64,000 nucleotides of DNA from Bacteriovoracia bacterium (GTDB lineage Bacteria; Bdellovibrionota; UBA1018; JBFWNL01): assembly GCA_050251055.1 (NCBI GenBank), contig JBFWNL010000003.1, positions 256,001 to 320,000 on the forward strand, given 5' to 3'. The notes below the pieces were generated by a model, which saw nothing but the letters and a program-made list of their open reading frames with translations, was not told the origin of the DNA and did not search any database. Made by a program: the position numbers and the translations under genes. This document shows positions 21,293 through 30,269 of the stretch, one piece after another. Every line of letters starts with the position of its first letter. The first letter of the stretch is position 1.

Positions 21293-22123
21293 TTATTTCT
21301 TACGTTTCACGATGAAGCGATTGGTGCGCTTGTTGTTACGGGTCTTGTAACCCTTGGTCGGCTGACCCCACGGCGAACGCGGGTGACCGCCGGACGCCTT
21401 GCCTTCACCGCCACCCATCGGGTGGTCGATCGGGTTCATGGCCACGCCACGCACGGTCGGGCGAACGCCCATCCAGCGCATGCGGCCTGCTTTGCCGATC
21501 GTGATGTTTTCGTGTTCCGCATTGGAAAGCTGCCCGATGGAAGCGCGGCATTCGCGGTGAATGAACCGGATTTCACCACTCGGCAGCTTCACTTGACAGT
21601 AGGTGCCGTCCTTCGCCATGAGCTGGGCGAACTGACCAGCCGCGCGCACGAGCTTGCCGCCACGACCTGGCTCTACTTCCAGGTTGTGGAGCATGGTGCC
21701 CACGGGGATCAAAGCCAGCTGCAGGTTATTTCCCGGCAGAATGTCGGCCGCGTCGCCCGCGAGCACGGAATCGCCCACCTTCATATTGGCCGGGGCCAGG
21801 ATGTAGCGCTTCTCGCCGTCCGCGTAGTTCAGCAAAGCGATGAACGTCGTACGGTTTGGATCGTACTCGAGCGAAGCGACCTTCGCCGGGATATCGCGCT
21901 TATCGCGCTTGAAATCGATCACGCGGTACTTCTGGCGATGTCCGCCGCCTTGGTGACGAACCGTCATGCGTCCGTGGGCGTTACGGCCGCCCTTGGAGCG
22001 CTTGTCGGTGATGAGCTTGCGCGGCTTGCGCGGCTGCTCGTCCTTCGGCGTGAGCATCGAGAAATCGGCCACCGTCAGGTAACGGCGGGCGGGAGTAATG
22101 GGTCGGAATGTTTTAAGTGCCAT
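21293..22123 (-). CDS. rplB: 50S ribosomal protein L2
   Basis: EYDPNR, GKAGR and [21 protein letters not shown]. Confidence 0.99.
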   Translation of the reverse strand: MALKTFRPITPARRYLTVADFSMLTPKDEQPRKPRKLITDKRSKGGRNAHGRMTVRHQGGGHRQKYRVIDFKRDKRDIPAKVASLEYDPNRTTFIALLNYADGEKRYILAPANMKVGDSVLAGDAADILPGNNLQLALIPVGTMLHNLEVEPGRGGKLVRAAGQFAQLMAKDGTYCQVKLPSGEIRFIHRECRASIGQLSNAEHENITIGKAGRMRWMGVRPTVRGVAMNPIDHPMGGGEGKASGGHPRSPWGQPTKGYKTRNNKRTNRFIVKRKK

Positions 22124-22153
22124 GTTATCCTCTTGCCTTTATATCCGTTGCTC

Positions 22154-22444
22154 TTATTGCGCTCCGAAGAAGTCGATCTTCTGGCCTTCGTCCAACGTGA
22201 CGATGGCTTTCTTCCAATTCGAGCGCTTCGTGGCGAAGCGGCCCACCATCTTGGCCTTACCGTGCATGGTCATCGTGTGCACGCGGCGCACGCGGACCTT
22301 GAACAGCTTCTGGACGGCGTCCTTGATCTCATGCTTGTTCGCGGCGGTCGCGACGCGGAACACGTAGCGGTTGCCCACCTCGGCGAGCGCCGTGCTCTTT
22401 TCGCTGATGACCGGCTTTTGAATCACTTCGTAAATGGTACGCAT
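22154..22444 (-). CDS. rplW: 50S ribosomal protein L23
   Basis: PVISEKS, ANKHEIKDAV and WKKAIVTL. Confidence 0.98.
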   Translation of the reverse strand: MRTIYEVIQKPVISEKSTALAEVGNRYVFRVATAANKHEIKDAVQKLFKVRVRRVHTMTMHGKAKMVGRFATKRSNWKKAIVTLDEGQKIDFFGAQ

Positions 22445-22447
22445 AAA

Positions 22448-23065
22448 TTATCCGAGCCTCGCTTCCAGCTTCGCCACGGCTTGCTTGGTCAAAACGAGCG
22501 TGTCGTGCTTGATGATGTCGTACACGTTCAACCCTTCCGTCCGCAGGATGCGCACGTTCGGGAGATTACGTCCGGAGAGCTCCAGGTTCTGGTTCTTCTC
22601 GTCGACGATCAGCGCTTTCGTGAGTTCGAGCTTCTCGCGGATCGCCGCGAAAGCCTTCGTCTTGGCCGCCGAGAGTTTGAACTCGTCGACGATCATCACG
22701 CGGTTCGCCTTCACGCGTTCGCTCAAGGCCGCGCGCAGGGCGCCCTTCATCATGGTCTTGGGCGTGAACTGCTCGTAGGAGCGGGGAAGCGGACCGAACG
22801 TACGGCCACCACCGACCACCAGCGGGGAACGCTGGGAGCCGCGACGGGCGTTACCGGTGCCCTTCTGCTTGTAGGGCTTCTTGCCGCCGCCGCGGATTTC
22901 CGACTTGGTCTTCGTCTTGGCCGTGCCCTGGCGACGAGTCGCGAGCTGGGCCTTGATGACCTGGTGAATGAGCGGCACGTTCACCTTCGCGCCGAACACG
23001 GCGTCGCTCAGGTCGATCGTCCCGACTTTCTTCTTCTCAGTATTAATGACGTCTAAAGTTGGCAT
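22448..23065 (-). CDS. rplD: 50S ribosomal protein L4
   Basis: RQGTAKTK, GGGKKPYKQKGTGNARRGS and RNLPNV. True start is ATG 23065 (AAGGA RBS). Confidence 0.98.
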   Translation of the reverse strand: MPTLDVINTEKKKVGTIDLSDAVFGAKVNVPLIHQVIKAQLATRRQGTAKTKTKSEIRGGGKKPYKQKGTGNARRGSQRSPLVVGGGRTFGPLPRSYEQFTPKTMMKGALRAALSERVKANRVMIVDEFKLSAAKTKAFAAIREKLELTKALIVDEKNQNLELSGRNLPNVRILRTEGLNVYDIIKHDTLVLTKQAVAKLEARLG

Positions 23066-23078
23066 AAAATCGTCCTTC

Positions 23079-23804
23079 TTACTTGGCCGCGGCCTTCTGC
23101 AGAGGCTTAATCGCCTTCTGGATGGTGACGATGCCGCTGCGCGGACCGGGCACGCTGCCGTGGACCAGCAGGATGCGCTTCTCGAGGTCAACGCCCACCA
23201 CCTTCACGTTTTGAATCGTGCGGGTGATGTGGCCCATGTGACCGGCCATTTTCTTGTTCTTGAACACTTTCGCGGGATCGGCACGGTTACCGATGGAGCC
23301 CGGGCTGCGGTGGCTGACGGAGCAACCGTGCGAAGCGTGCAGGCCTGCGAAGTGGTGGCGCTTCATCACGCCTTGGAAGCCCTTACCCTTGGACACGGCG
23401 GTGAGATCCACCATGTCGCCGACTTTCAAAAACTCGGCGGTGAGTTCCGCGCCGGCGGTGAGTCCGTCCATCTTGGCGGATTCTTCCAGGCGGATTTCGT
23501 TGTTCACGTAGTAACCCTTGCCGCCCGTCTTGTTGTAGTGGCCTTTTTGCGCCTTATTGATGCCCTTCACCGGCTTTTCGAGCAGGCCGATTTGCACGGC
23601 CTGGTAGCCGTCCTTGTCCTTCGTCTTCACTTGCGTGATGAAGTTCGGACGCAGGTCGATGACCGTCACGGCGACGGCGTCGCCCGCATCGTTAAACACT
23701 TGAGTCATCCCGGCCTTCACGCCGAAGATGCCGCCCGTCCCCTGTGACAAAGTCACACCCTGGGAAGGCGAAGCACTCGTGGTTGCTTCAGTCGTTTCAC
23801 TCAT
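23079..23804 (-). CDS. rplC: 50S ribosomal protein L3
   Basis: GVKAGMTQVF, DGYQAVQIG, SKGKGFQGVMKRH and GSVPG. Start ATG 23804 with GGAGA RBS. Confidence 0.98.
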   Translation of the reverse strand: MSETTEATTSASPSQGVTLSQGTGGIFGVKAGMTQVFNDAGDAVAVTVIDLRPNFITQVKTKDKDGYQAVQIGLLEKPVKGINKAQKGHYNKTGGKGYYVNNEIRLEESAKMDGLTAGAELTAEFLKVGDMVDLTAVSKGKGFQGVMKRHHFAGLHASHGCSVSHRSPGSIGNRADPAKVFKNKKMAGHMGHITRTIQNVKVVGVDLEKRILLVHGSVPGPRSGIVTIQKAIKPLQKAAAK

Positions 23805-24023
23805 GTCGTTTCTCCAAGTCTCCGGACTTCTCCGGAGCACAACACCAATTGTCTGGTGATCAACCGTTCACAGCATCACCGGGAGGTCTTATCCTATTGC
23901 CGCCGGATGCTTTCATGAGACGATTTACAAAGCCGCGGACTTTCCGATTGGGAGCGAATTTACATTCGCTGCAAAAAGTAGTTTCCGTTGCTTTCTTTTA
24001 GAACCGAAAATCAGGACCTAAAA

Positions 24024-24338
24024 CTAGGACTTAATTTTCACATCGACGCCAGCCGAGAGATCCAGCTTCATCAGCGAATCAATCGTCTGTTGGGTCGGCT
24101 CGATGATGTCCAAAAGCCGCTTATGGGTTCGAATTTCGAACTGTTCGCGCGACTTTTTATCTATGTGAGGCGAGCGGAGAACGCAATATTTATTGATCAC
24201 GGTCGGCAGCGGGATCGGTCCCCGCACGCTAGCGCCCGTTCTCTTAGCGGTCTCCACGATTTCCCACACGGATTGATCGAGGACCCGGTGATCAAAAGCC
24301 AAAAGCTTGATCCGGATTTTGTGTTCTAAAACAGCCAT
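24024..24338 (-). CDS. rpsJ: 30S ribosomal protein S10
   Basis: KIRIKL-x-AFDH, GPIPLPT and [23 protein letters not shown]. Confidence 0.99.
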   Translation of the reverse strand: MAVLEHKIRIKLLAFDHRVLDQSVWEIVETAKRTGASVRGPIPLPTVINKYCVLRSPHIDKKSREQFEIRTHKRLLDIIEPTQQTIDSLMKLDLSAGVDVKIKS

Positions 24339-24860
24339 TCTCATCTCCTTTTAAATCCCAGGAAGTTCCCTCGCACGAGCAGATGAGTGCCCGACGAGCA
24401 ATCTTTCCCGAGTCATCAACAATGATTGAGGGAGGAGAGATACTGGTTCTGGATGTTGAAAGCAAGCGAGAAACCCTTTGAGTTCAAGGGATCTACCGGA
24501 AGCTAATAACCAACCAAAAAACACTACTTTATAACCCGCCAAGGTCTTCTGCAGAGTCCAGGAAGGGCAACCTGCCTTGTCTCAAACCCTGACGAGTAAG
24601 GCACATTACGAAAAACCGCGGGTAGTTTCTTTTTGTAACTAGCCACCGAAGAGCTTGATACTTGAGCCAAATTCCCTCAAATGCCCCTTACCCAATCGAG
24701 GAAGCTACAGAAATCAAACTACCAAAAAGAAACTCGTGGCGTCTAGGAAGACAACAGTGCCTAAAGCTTAGGCGTAAAGTCGCGGTGCCCAAGTCACTCG
24801 CGACACGGAGCGGCCCCCTGAAAATTCTCGGTTTTTCCGAAAGCACCCGTGCGGGCGGAA

Positions 24861-24877
24861 TTGGCCGCCTCCTTGCA
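24861..24877 (+). promoter_or_regulatory. Candidate sigma54 site TTGGCCGCCTCCTTGCA
   Basis: GG-N10-GC with TGGC and TTGCA, about 80 nt upstream of the 1142-aa gene. Confidence 0.45.
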
Positions 24878-24957
24878 CCTTTGGTTTCCTGATTACGGGG
24901 TATCGGGGCCTGATAAAGAATTAGTCTTTCTTTACCGTCTTCCCACTCGGGGTAGAC

Positions 24958-27900
24958 ATGCCGACGCTGATTTCGGGATCTCGCGTTGTTCTGGGTTTAT
25001 TTTTCACCTTCACTGGTTTGACCGCCTCCGGCTGCCAAGCGCGCTTGGAGCCGCGCCTTACGCGCGCACCCGCGCTCGCCCGGCTCGATACGGCGGCACC
25101 AGGAGTGATCGACGAGTCCCGTGCCTCAGCCCAAACCGCGCCCACGCAAGGCCTACTAGGCAAGTATTTCGACAACGCGGATCTCACGAGCCTGAAGTTT
25201 TCCCGCATCGACGCCGCGGTCAACTTCGATTGGGGCGCGGGATCCCCCGACGCCTCGATGGATGCGGATACCTATTCGATTCGTTGGAAAGGAAGCGTCG
25301 AAGCGCCATTTTCCGCGCCCTTCACGTTTTACACCTGGTCGGACGACGGCGTTCGCCTCTGGATCAACGACCAGCTCGTGATCGACAACTGGACGGGCCA
25401 CTCCGCGACGGAAAACAGCGGCGTCGTGTACCTCGTAGGCGGGGAGCGCTATACCGTCCGCCTCGAATACTACGAAAACACCGGCAACTCGGTGATCGGC
25501 CTGAAATGGTCGGCACCCGGGCTCGCCAAACAGATCATTCCCAACTCCGCGCTTTTCGCACCGGGATCAACGGCTAACGGGATCGGCCTGGAAGGCAAGT
25601 ACTTCAATAATGTCGATCTCACCGAGCTCATGTTCCGGCGCCTCGACCCCCGCGTATACTTCCCCTGGGGCACGAGCGCGCCGGATCCAACGATGGGCGC
25701 TAACACGTTTTCGGTAGAGTGGAACGGCTTCGTGGTTCCGCTCCATTCGGAAAACTACACGTTTTATACCTACACCGACGACGGCGCGCGCCTCTGGATC
25801 GACGGGCAGCTCATCATCAACGACTGGCAAAACCACAGCGCCGCCAACCGCGCCAGCGCGCCGATCGCGCTCGAGGCCGGCGTGCGCTACCCCTTGCGCA
25901 TGCGCTACTACGACCAATCCGGCGAAGCGGTGGCGAAGCTGAAGTGGGAAAGCGCGAGCCAGGCCATGCAGGTGATTCAAACCAGCCAACTCTTCCCGCC
26001 GGAGCTAAGCCCGGTACTCGCGCCCAACATCGGCTACGAATCCAGCATCGTGGCGACGCAAGGATCTCCACTCGGCGCGGTGATACCGATCAACACCGGC
26101 GGCCCGATCTCGGGCTGCTCGGTAACGCCCGCGTTGCCGGCAGGCCTAAGCCTGGCCGCCACGACTTGCGGAGTGAGCGGCACACCCACGGCGAGCTCGC
26201 CCTTGGCGCAATATACCGTTACCGCCACGAGCCCACTAGGTAGCACTCAAGCGATCGTGCAAATTGGCGTCAACTCAGGTTCGAATCCTCCTCCCCCGCC
26301 GCCACCTCCGGCTGCGGCCCCGGAAGTGACCGTGACCCTGAACGGAGTGAACATCACCGACGGCCAAAGCGCGGCGATCGATTTCGGTTCGGTCGCGCAG
26401 AACGCTAGCGGACCCACCCGCGTTTTCCAGGTGAAAAATGACGGCAATGCCACCCTCACCTTGGGCACGGTGAATGTGCCGGCGGGATACGCACTTACGG
26501 AAGCCCTTTCCACCAGTCTCGCTCCAGGCGCCTCGGATACTTTTTCGGTGCGCCTGAACACCGGCGCGGCCGGCAGCTTCTCGGGTTCGGTGAGCTTCAC
26601 CAACAACGACGCCAACGAAAGCCCGTTCAATTTTTCCGTCACGGGCATGGTGACCTCAACGCCGCCCCCGCCGCCGCCGCCGTCGGGCAACGCGCCCATT
26701 GGCTGCAGCATACAGGCACCCTACGGATTGAGTGGCTACGCGCCTTTCACCGCTCACGTCCACGTCATCTCGGCGGGCTGCAATCTGCGAGCGGGAGATT
26801 ATACCTCGGCGCGCATCGAATGGGACTTTGGCACTCCAAGCGGAAACCCCTACCAGCTCGTCGGCTTCAACGGGTCGTATACGTACGATACGCCGGGCAC
26901 TTACACGCTCACGCTTCGGGTCGCGAACGAAACGGGTGCGATGTCGACTTACACGGCGCTCGTGAACGTGATGGCCGACAACCGCAGTGCGATCTACGTC
27001 TCGGCGGCGGGCAATGACAACAACCCCGGCACGCAGGCCGCGCCGATCGCGTCGCTCACGAAGGTGGGTCAGCTGCTTTCGGCCGGCCCGAATAACCGCG
27101 CCGTTTACTTTCGGCGGGGCGATACGTTCACCTGCGGCGGCACCTGCTTGAGCCTAACGGGACAAAACGTGCTCGTCGGCGCCTACGGATCGGGGGCCAA
27201 GCCCGTCATCGCCACGAACCAGACCACGAACTGGGGACGCATTATTAACCTCAGCGGAAGTCAGATCGTGGTGCAGGACCTAAAAATCCGCACCACGAAG
27301 TCCGGCGGCACCTGCGGAGACAATAGCGCGGCCAACGACTCCTGTCCGGCGGCGTTCGAGTTCTCGGGCACGAACCTGACCGCCCGCCGAAACGACGCCG
27401 ACAATCTGGGCTCTTTCTTGAAAGTGAACGGGTCGGCCAACGCCGTACTGCTGCGCGGGAACTCCGCGCCGGTGATCGGCGGGTACTTCGTGTGGGCCGC
27501 CGGCGGAAACGACCACGTCTACACGGAAAACACCGTGCTGGGCTCACGCGATCAGCATAACTTCCGCATGTACCACAACCGCGTCCTGCTCCACGGCAAC
27601 TACATGTCGACGGATGGCTCCAGCGAAAAACCGTGCATTGATTTCGCCGGCACCAACTACGGCTACGCGCGCATGAACACGCTCTTGGGCCGCGTTCGCA
27701 TTGGGTACTGGGACGGCTCGGGCAGCAATCCGTCGGGACGTAACTCCGTGTTCGAGGGCAACCACATCACCTGGTCTAGCCCCGAAGGCGCGATCTTCGC
27801 CTACCCGGGCGCAGACAACACGTACTTGCGCAACAACGTGATCATCGCCAATGGCGGCGTGGGCATCAAATTCATGCTGGTGGACGATGGGAGCGGAACT

Positions 27901-28386
27901 TGGGTATGGAGCGACCACTCGTCCAGCAACGTGAGGATCGTCCACAACACGATCGTCGACTCCAGCACGAGCGACCGCCAGGCCATCGTCCTGCGCCGGG
28001 TGACGCCGGACCCCGTGCTCGTCGCGAACAACGTCGTCGTGCGCCCGAACTCGCACCAGATCGAGAACGTCTTCTTGGAGGAGATCTCGAGCCTGCCCGC
28101 GCACTACGCTTTCATCAACAACCGGTACCGGACGCCGGCGAACGCGAACTGCGTCATCCGTTCGGGAGCCGCATGCTACTCGCTCACGAGCTGGGAAGGC
28201 TTTGGCTTTACGAGCGGCGAGAACGTGCATGGATATTCGGCCAGCTCGTTTTCGGCGGACTTCACGCCGCCGAATGACCCCATTTTCCTGAATGCCCCGG
28301 TGATCCCGGGAATCTTCGACGACTACTATGGTCGTCTGCGGGGGAGCGCACGTACGGCGGGGGCCCTGGAGCGAAACCCGCTCTAG
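24958..28386 (+). CDS. Large surface lipoprotein: 2x PA14, Ig-like, choice-of-anchor-D-like, PKD-like and right-handed beta-helix domains
   Basis: LTASGC lipobox. Two GLxGKYF...SDDGVRLWI / TDDGARLWI PA14 repeats, PALPAGLSL Ig module and poly-Pro linkers. IYVSAAGNDNNPGT-x3-P beta-helix cap followed by Asn-ladder repeats. Confidence 0.85.
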   Translation: MPTLISGSRVVLGLFFTFTGLTASGCQARLEPRLTRAPALARLDTAAPGVIDESRASAQTAPTQGLLGKYFDNADLTSLKFSRIDAAVNFDWGAGSPDASMDADTYSIRWKGSVEAPFSAPFTFYTWSDDGVRLWINDQLVIDNWTGHSATENSGVVYLVGGERYTVRLEYYENTGNSVIGLKWSAPGLAKQIIPNSALFAPGSTANGIGLEGKYFNNVDLTELMFRRLDPRVYFPWGTSAPDPTMGANTFSVEWNGFVVPLHSENYTFYTYTDDGARLWIDGQLIINDWQNHSAANRASAPIALEAGVRYPLRMRYYDQSGEAVAKLKWESASQAMQVIQTSQLFPPELSPVLAPNIGYESSIVATQGSPLGAVIPINTGGPISGCSVTPALPAGLSLAATTCGVSGTPTASSPLAQYTVTATSPLGSTQAIVQIGVNSGSNPPPPPPPPAAAPEVTVTLNGVNITDGQSAAIDFGSVAQNASGPTRVFQVKNDGNATLTLGTVNVPAGYALTEALSTSLAPGASDTFSVRLNTGAAGSFSGSVSFTNNDANESPFNFSVTGMVTSTPPPPPPPSGNAPIGCSIQAPYGLSGYAPFTAHVHVISAGCNLRAGDYTSARIEWDFGTPSGNPYQLVGFNGSYTYDTPGTYTLTLRVANETGAMSTYTALVNVMADNRSAIYVSAAGNDNNPGTQAAPIASLTKVGQLLSAGPNNRAVYFRRGDTFTCGGTCLSLTGQNVLVGAYGSGAKPVIATNQTTNWGRIINLSGSQIVVQDLKIRTTKSGGTCGDNSAANDSCPAAFEFSGTNLTARRNDADNLGSFLKVNGSANAVLLRGNSAPVIGGYFVWAAGGNDHVYTENTVLGSRDQHNFRMYHNRVLLHGNYMSTDGSSEKPCIDFAGTNYGYARMNTLLGRVRIGYWDGSGSNPSGRNSVFEGNHITWSSPEGAIFAYPGADNTYLRNNVIIANGGVGIKFMLVDDGSGTWVWSDHSSSNVRIVHNTIVDSSTSDRQAIVLRRVTPDPVLVANNVVVRPNSHQIENVFLEEISSLPAHYAFINNRYRTPANANCVIRSGAACYSLTSWEGFGFTSGENVHGYSASSFSADFTPPNDPIFLNAPVIPGIFDDYYGRLRGSARTAGALERNPL

Positions 28387-28421
28387 CCCCCCCCGATTCC
28401 GTTTCACATCGTTACGCGCAC

Positions 28422-28454
28422 GCAAGGGCGGCCTCGGGCCGCCCTTGCCGTTTT
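28422..28454 (+). terminator. Intrinsic terminator after the PA14/beta-helix gene
   Basis: GCAAGGGCGGCC-TCG-GGCCGCCCTTGC 12-bp stem followed by CGTTTT. Confidence 0.7.
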
Positions 28455-28465
28455 CGTGCATTCGG

Positions 28466-28565
28466 ATTTATTTCGATTGATACAATATTATGATTATTAA
28501 AATAATATTATTTATAAATATATGTTTTTATTAATTATTATTATTTATTTAGATACATAAAAAAT
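28466..28565. other. Extremely AT-rich intergenic tract
   Basis: About 100 nt almost devoid of G/C within a GC-rich background. Confidence 0.85.
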
Positions 28566-28649
28566 GACACATCTAGTAATTACCCGACAATCCCTGTAGT
28601 CTAATTAAGAGCCAAGCAAAGGAACTACCAACACAAGGGGACAATAGTT

Positions 28650-29063
28650 ATGGGTACGAAGGGACTTTTGACTTTAGCTTTAGTGAGCATCGCCCTGTCG
28701 ATCGCGGCCAACGCCAAGACATCCGGTCCATATGGCTTCTGTGCCAGCAAATGGCCTGGACCGGTGCCCGTGACGCCAAATCGCTGCGCCATTTTCGAAG
28801 ACAATGATCCATCTTCGAACGAGGGAGAATGCCGATTTCTTTATGACTACCTAAAGGATCACGCGATATACGTGCCTGGTCAGTACGGCCAAGCCGCGGC
28901 CTGTGAAGGCGCTACGCTGTATGCGACTTGCTTGAAAAACTTTGGCTGCTCGGCGGACTATCAACCACCGCAAACCGGCCCGGGCGAGAAGAACGAACCT
29001 ACGATTCAAGATTTAATCGATAGCCTGAAAAAGACCTGCGATTGCAAACTTACGGTCTACTAG
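28650..29063 (+). CDS. Small secreted cysteine-rich protein (8 Cys)
   Basis: AAGGGGA RBS, signal peptide ending AANA and 8 Cys in the mature part. Confidence 0.75.
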   Translation: MGTKGLLTLALVSIALSIAANAKTSGPYGFCASKWPGPVPVTPNRCAIFEDNDPSSNEGECRFLYDYLKDHAIYVPGQYGQAAACEGATLYATCLKNFGCSADYQPPQTGPGEKNEPTIQDLIDSLKKTCDCKLTVY

Positions 29064-29065
29064 AC

Positions 29066-29135
29066 GAATCAGGAACCGCGCCCGCCATCCGGTGCTCTCG
29101 CCCCAAAAAAGACCGGGCGGGCGCGGTTCCGATTC
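29066..29135. terminator. Long GC-rich hairpin between convergent genes
   Basis: GGAACCGCGCCCGC (29072-29085) pairs with GCGGGCGCGGTTCC (29117-29130). Extended by GAATC/GATTC and an inner CCGGT/ACCGG. Confidence 0.6.
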
Positions 29136-29147
29136 CAAAATTTCGAC

Positions 29148-29297
29148 TTATCGAACCGCAGCCAATGCTTGCGGTGCCCGGGCCTGAGTGAGCTTGATGG
29201 GATTAGAAGCCGGGCGGCTGAAAACCGCGGCCAGTAAGACCATCAAAACTACGAAAGGGACACTCAACTCCACCATCTCCATCTTCAGCGCTCTCAT
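29148..29297 (-). CDS. Unannotated 49-aa single-pass membrane or secreted peptide
   Basis: Manual translation MRALKMEMVELSVPFVVLMVLLAAVFSRPASNPIKLTQARAPQALAAVR. GGAGGT RBS just upstream of the ATG. Confidence 0.6.
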   Translation of the reverse strand: MRALKMEMVELSVPFVVLMVLLAAVFSRPASNPIKLTQARAPQALAAVR

Positions 29298-29356
29298 ACC
29301 TACCTCCGAATTTTCCAAACCCCAGTTCCGAACTGGGAATACCGGAAGCTCGATAC

Positions 29357-29372
29357 TTCAACGCTTGTGCCA
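29357..29372 (-). promoter_or_regulatory. Candidate sigma54-like site TGGCAC-AAGCG-TTGAA upstream of the 49-aa ORF
   Basis: Perfect -24 TGGCAC with N5 spacing. The -12 has GA instead of GC. Confidence 0.35.
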
Positions 29373-29399
29373 CTAGTTATTTATCAATATTTTCAAATA

Positions 29400-29420
29400 T
29401 TTACGCTGTTTTAGCGTAAA
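29400..29420. promoter_or_regulatory. Inverted repeat TTTACGCT-N5-AGCGTAAA, possible operator
   Basis: Perfect 8-bp inverted repeat in the divergent intergenic region before the ABC operon. Confidence 0.35.
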
Positions 29421-29525
29421 ATTCAGATAGAGCCAGCCTGCGCCCATGGAGCTGAAATGATACCGATTTCAGCTGAAATACCGGGGTCGATCCGCCATAC
29501 TCGCTCGATCGAAAGAGGAAAACCC

Positions 29526-30269
29526 ATGGCCGCCCAACCGACTTCCAGTATCGTCTCGCTCACGTCCGTCTGCAAAGATTACAAACTCGGCGTCACCGTC
29601 GTGCCTGCCCTGCGCGGCGTAAATCTCACGGTCAATGCGGGGGACTTCGTCTCGATCGCGGGCCCCTCCGGCAGCGGCAAGACCACGCTCCTAAATCTCA
29701 TCGGCTGCGTGGACACGGCGACATCGGGCGAAGTGGTGGTCGACGGTCACAACACCCTGAATTTAAGCGAACGCAAGCTCACCGAGCTGCGCCTGAACAC
29801 GATCGGCTTTATCTTTCAAAGCTTTAATTTGGTGGCGGTACTGAACGTCTTCCAAAACGTGGAGTTTCCGTTGCTCCTGCAGCGCAAGCTCTCGACGGCC
29901 GACCGCGAACGTCGCGTGAATAGCCTGCTCGAAAAGGTGGGATTGCACAAACACGCTAAGCATCGCCCTAGCGAACTCTCCGGCGGGCAACGGCAGCGGG
30001 TGGCCATCGCGCGGGCGCTCGTGACCGCACCCAAGATCGTCCTGGCCGACGAGCCCACGGCAAACCTCGATTCCAAAACGGGCGAAACCATCTTGGACCT
30101 AATGCGTGAGATGAACCGCCTGGAAAAGACGACCTTCATCTTCTCCACTCACGACGCGAAGGTCATGTCGTACGCGAACTCCGTCATTAAAATCGCCGAC
30201 GGTCAAATCGTAAACCAAGGCGGCGGAAACGGCGCTGGGCAACGCAGTCACACGGAAGCGAATCAGTGA
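29526..30269 (+). CDS. ABC transporter ATP-binding protein (LolD/MacB-like)
   Basis: [34 protein letters not shown] and [13 protein letters not shown] 29526 with GAGG RBS. Confidence 0.95.
   Translation: MAAQPTSSIVSLTSVCKDYKLGVTVVPALRGVNLTVNAGDFVSIAGPSGSGKTTLLNLIGCVDTATSGEVVVDGHNTLNLSERKLTELRLNTIGFIFQSFNLVAVLNVFQNVEFPLLLQRKLSTADRERRVNSLLEKVGLHKHAKHRPSELSGGQRQRVAIARALVTAPKIVLADEPTANLDSKTGETILDLMREMNRLEKTTFIFSTHDAKVMSYANSVIKIADGQIVNQGGGNGAGQRSHTEANQ

Noticed and set aside
23066-23191. Apparent N-terminal extension of L4 in the ORF track
   Set aside because: Overlaps rplC. The true start is ATG 23065 with its own RBS.
24345-24957. 613-nt intergenic region examined for a tRNA, ncRNA or small genes (24351-24542, 24662-24892)
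   Set aside because: No cloverleaf or recognisable RNA motif, and the short ORFs lack RBS and coding character. Probably divergent promoters and an S10 leader that I cannot resolve.
29188-29376. 62-aa plus-strand ORF
   Set aside because: No RBS, and it lies antisense to the better-supported 49-aa minus-strand ORF.
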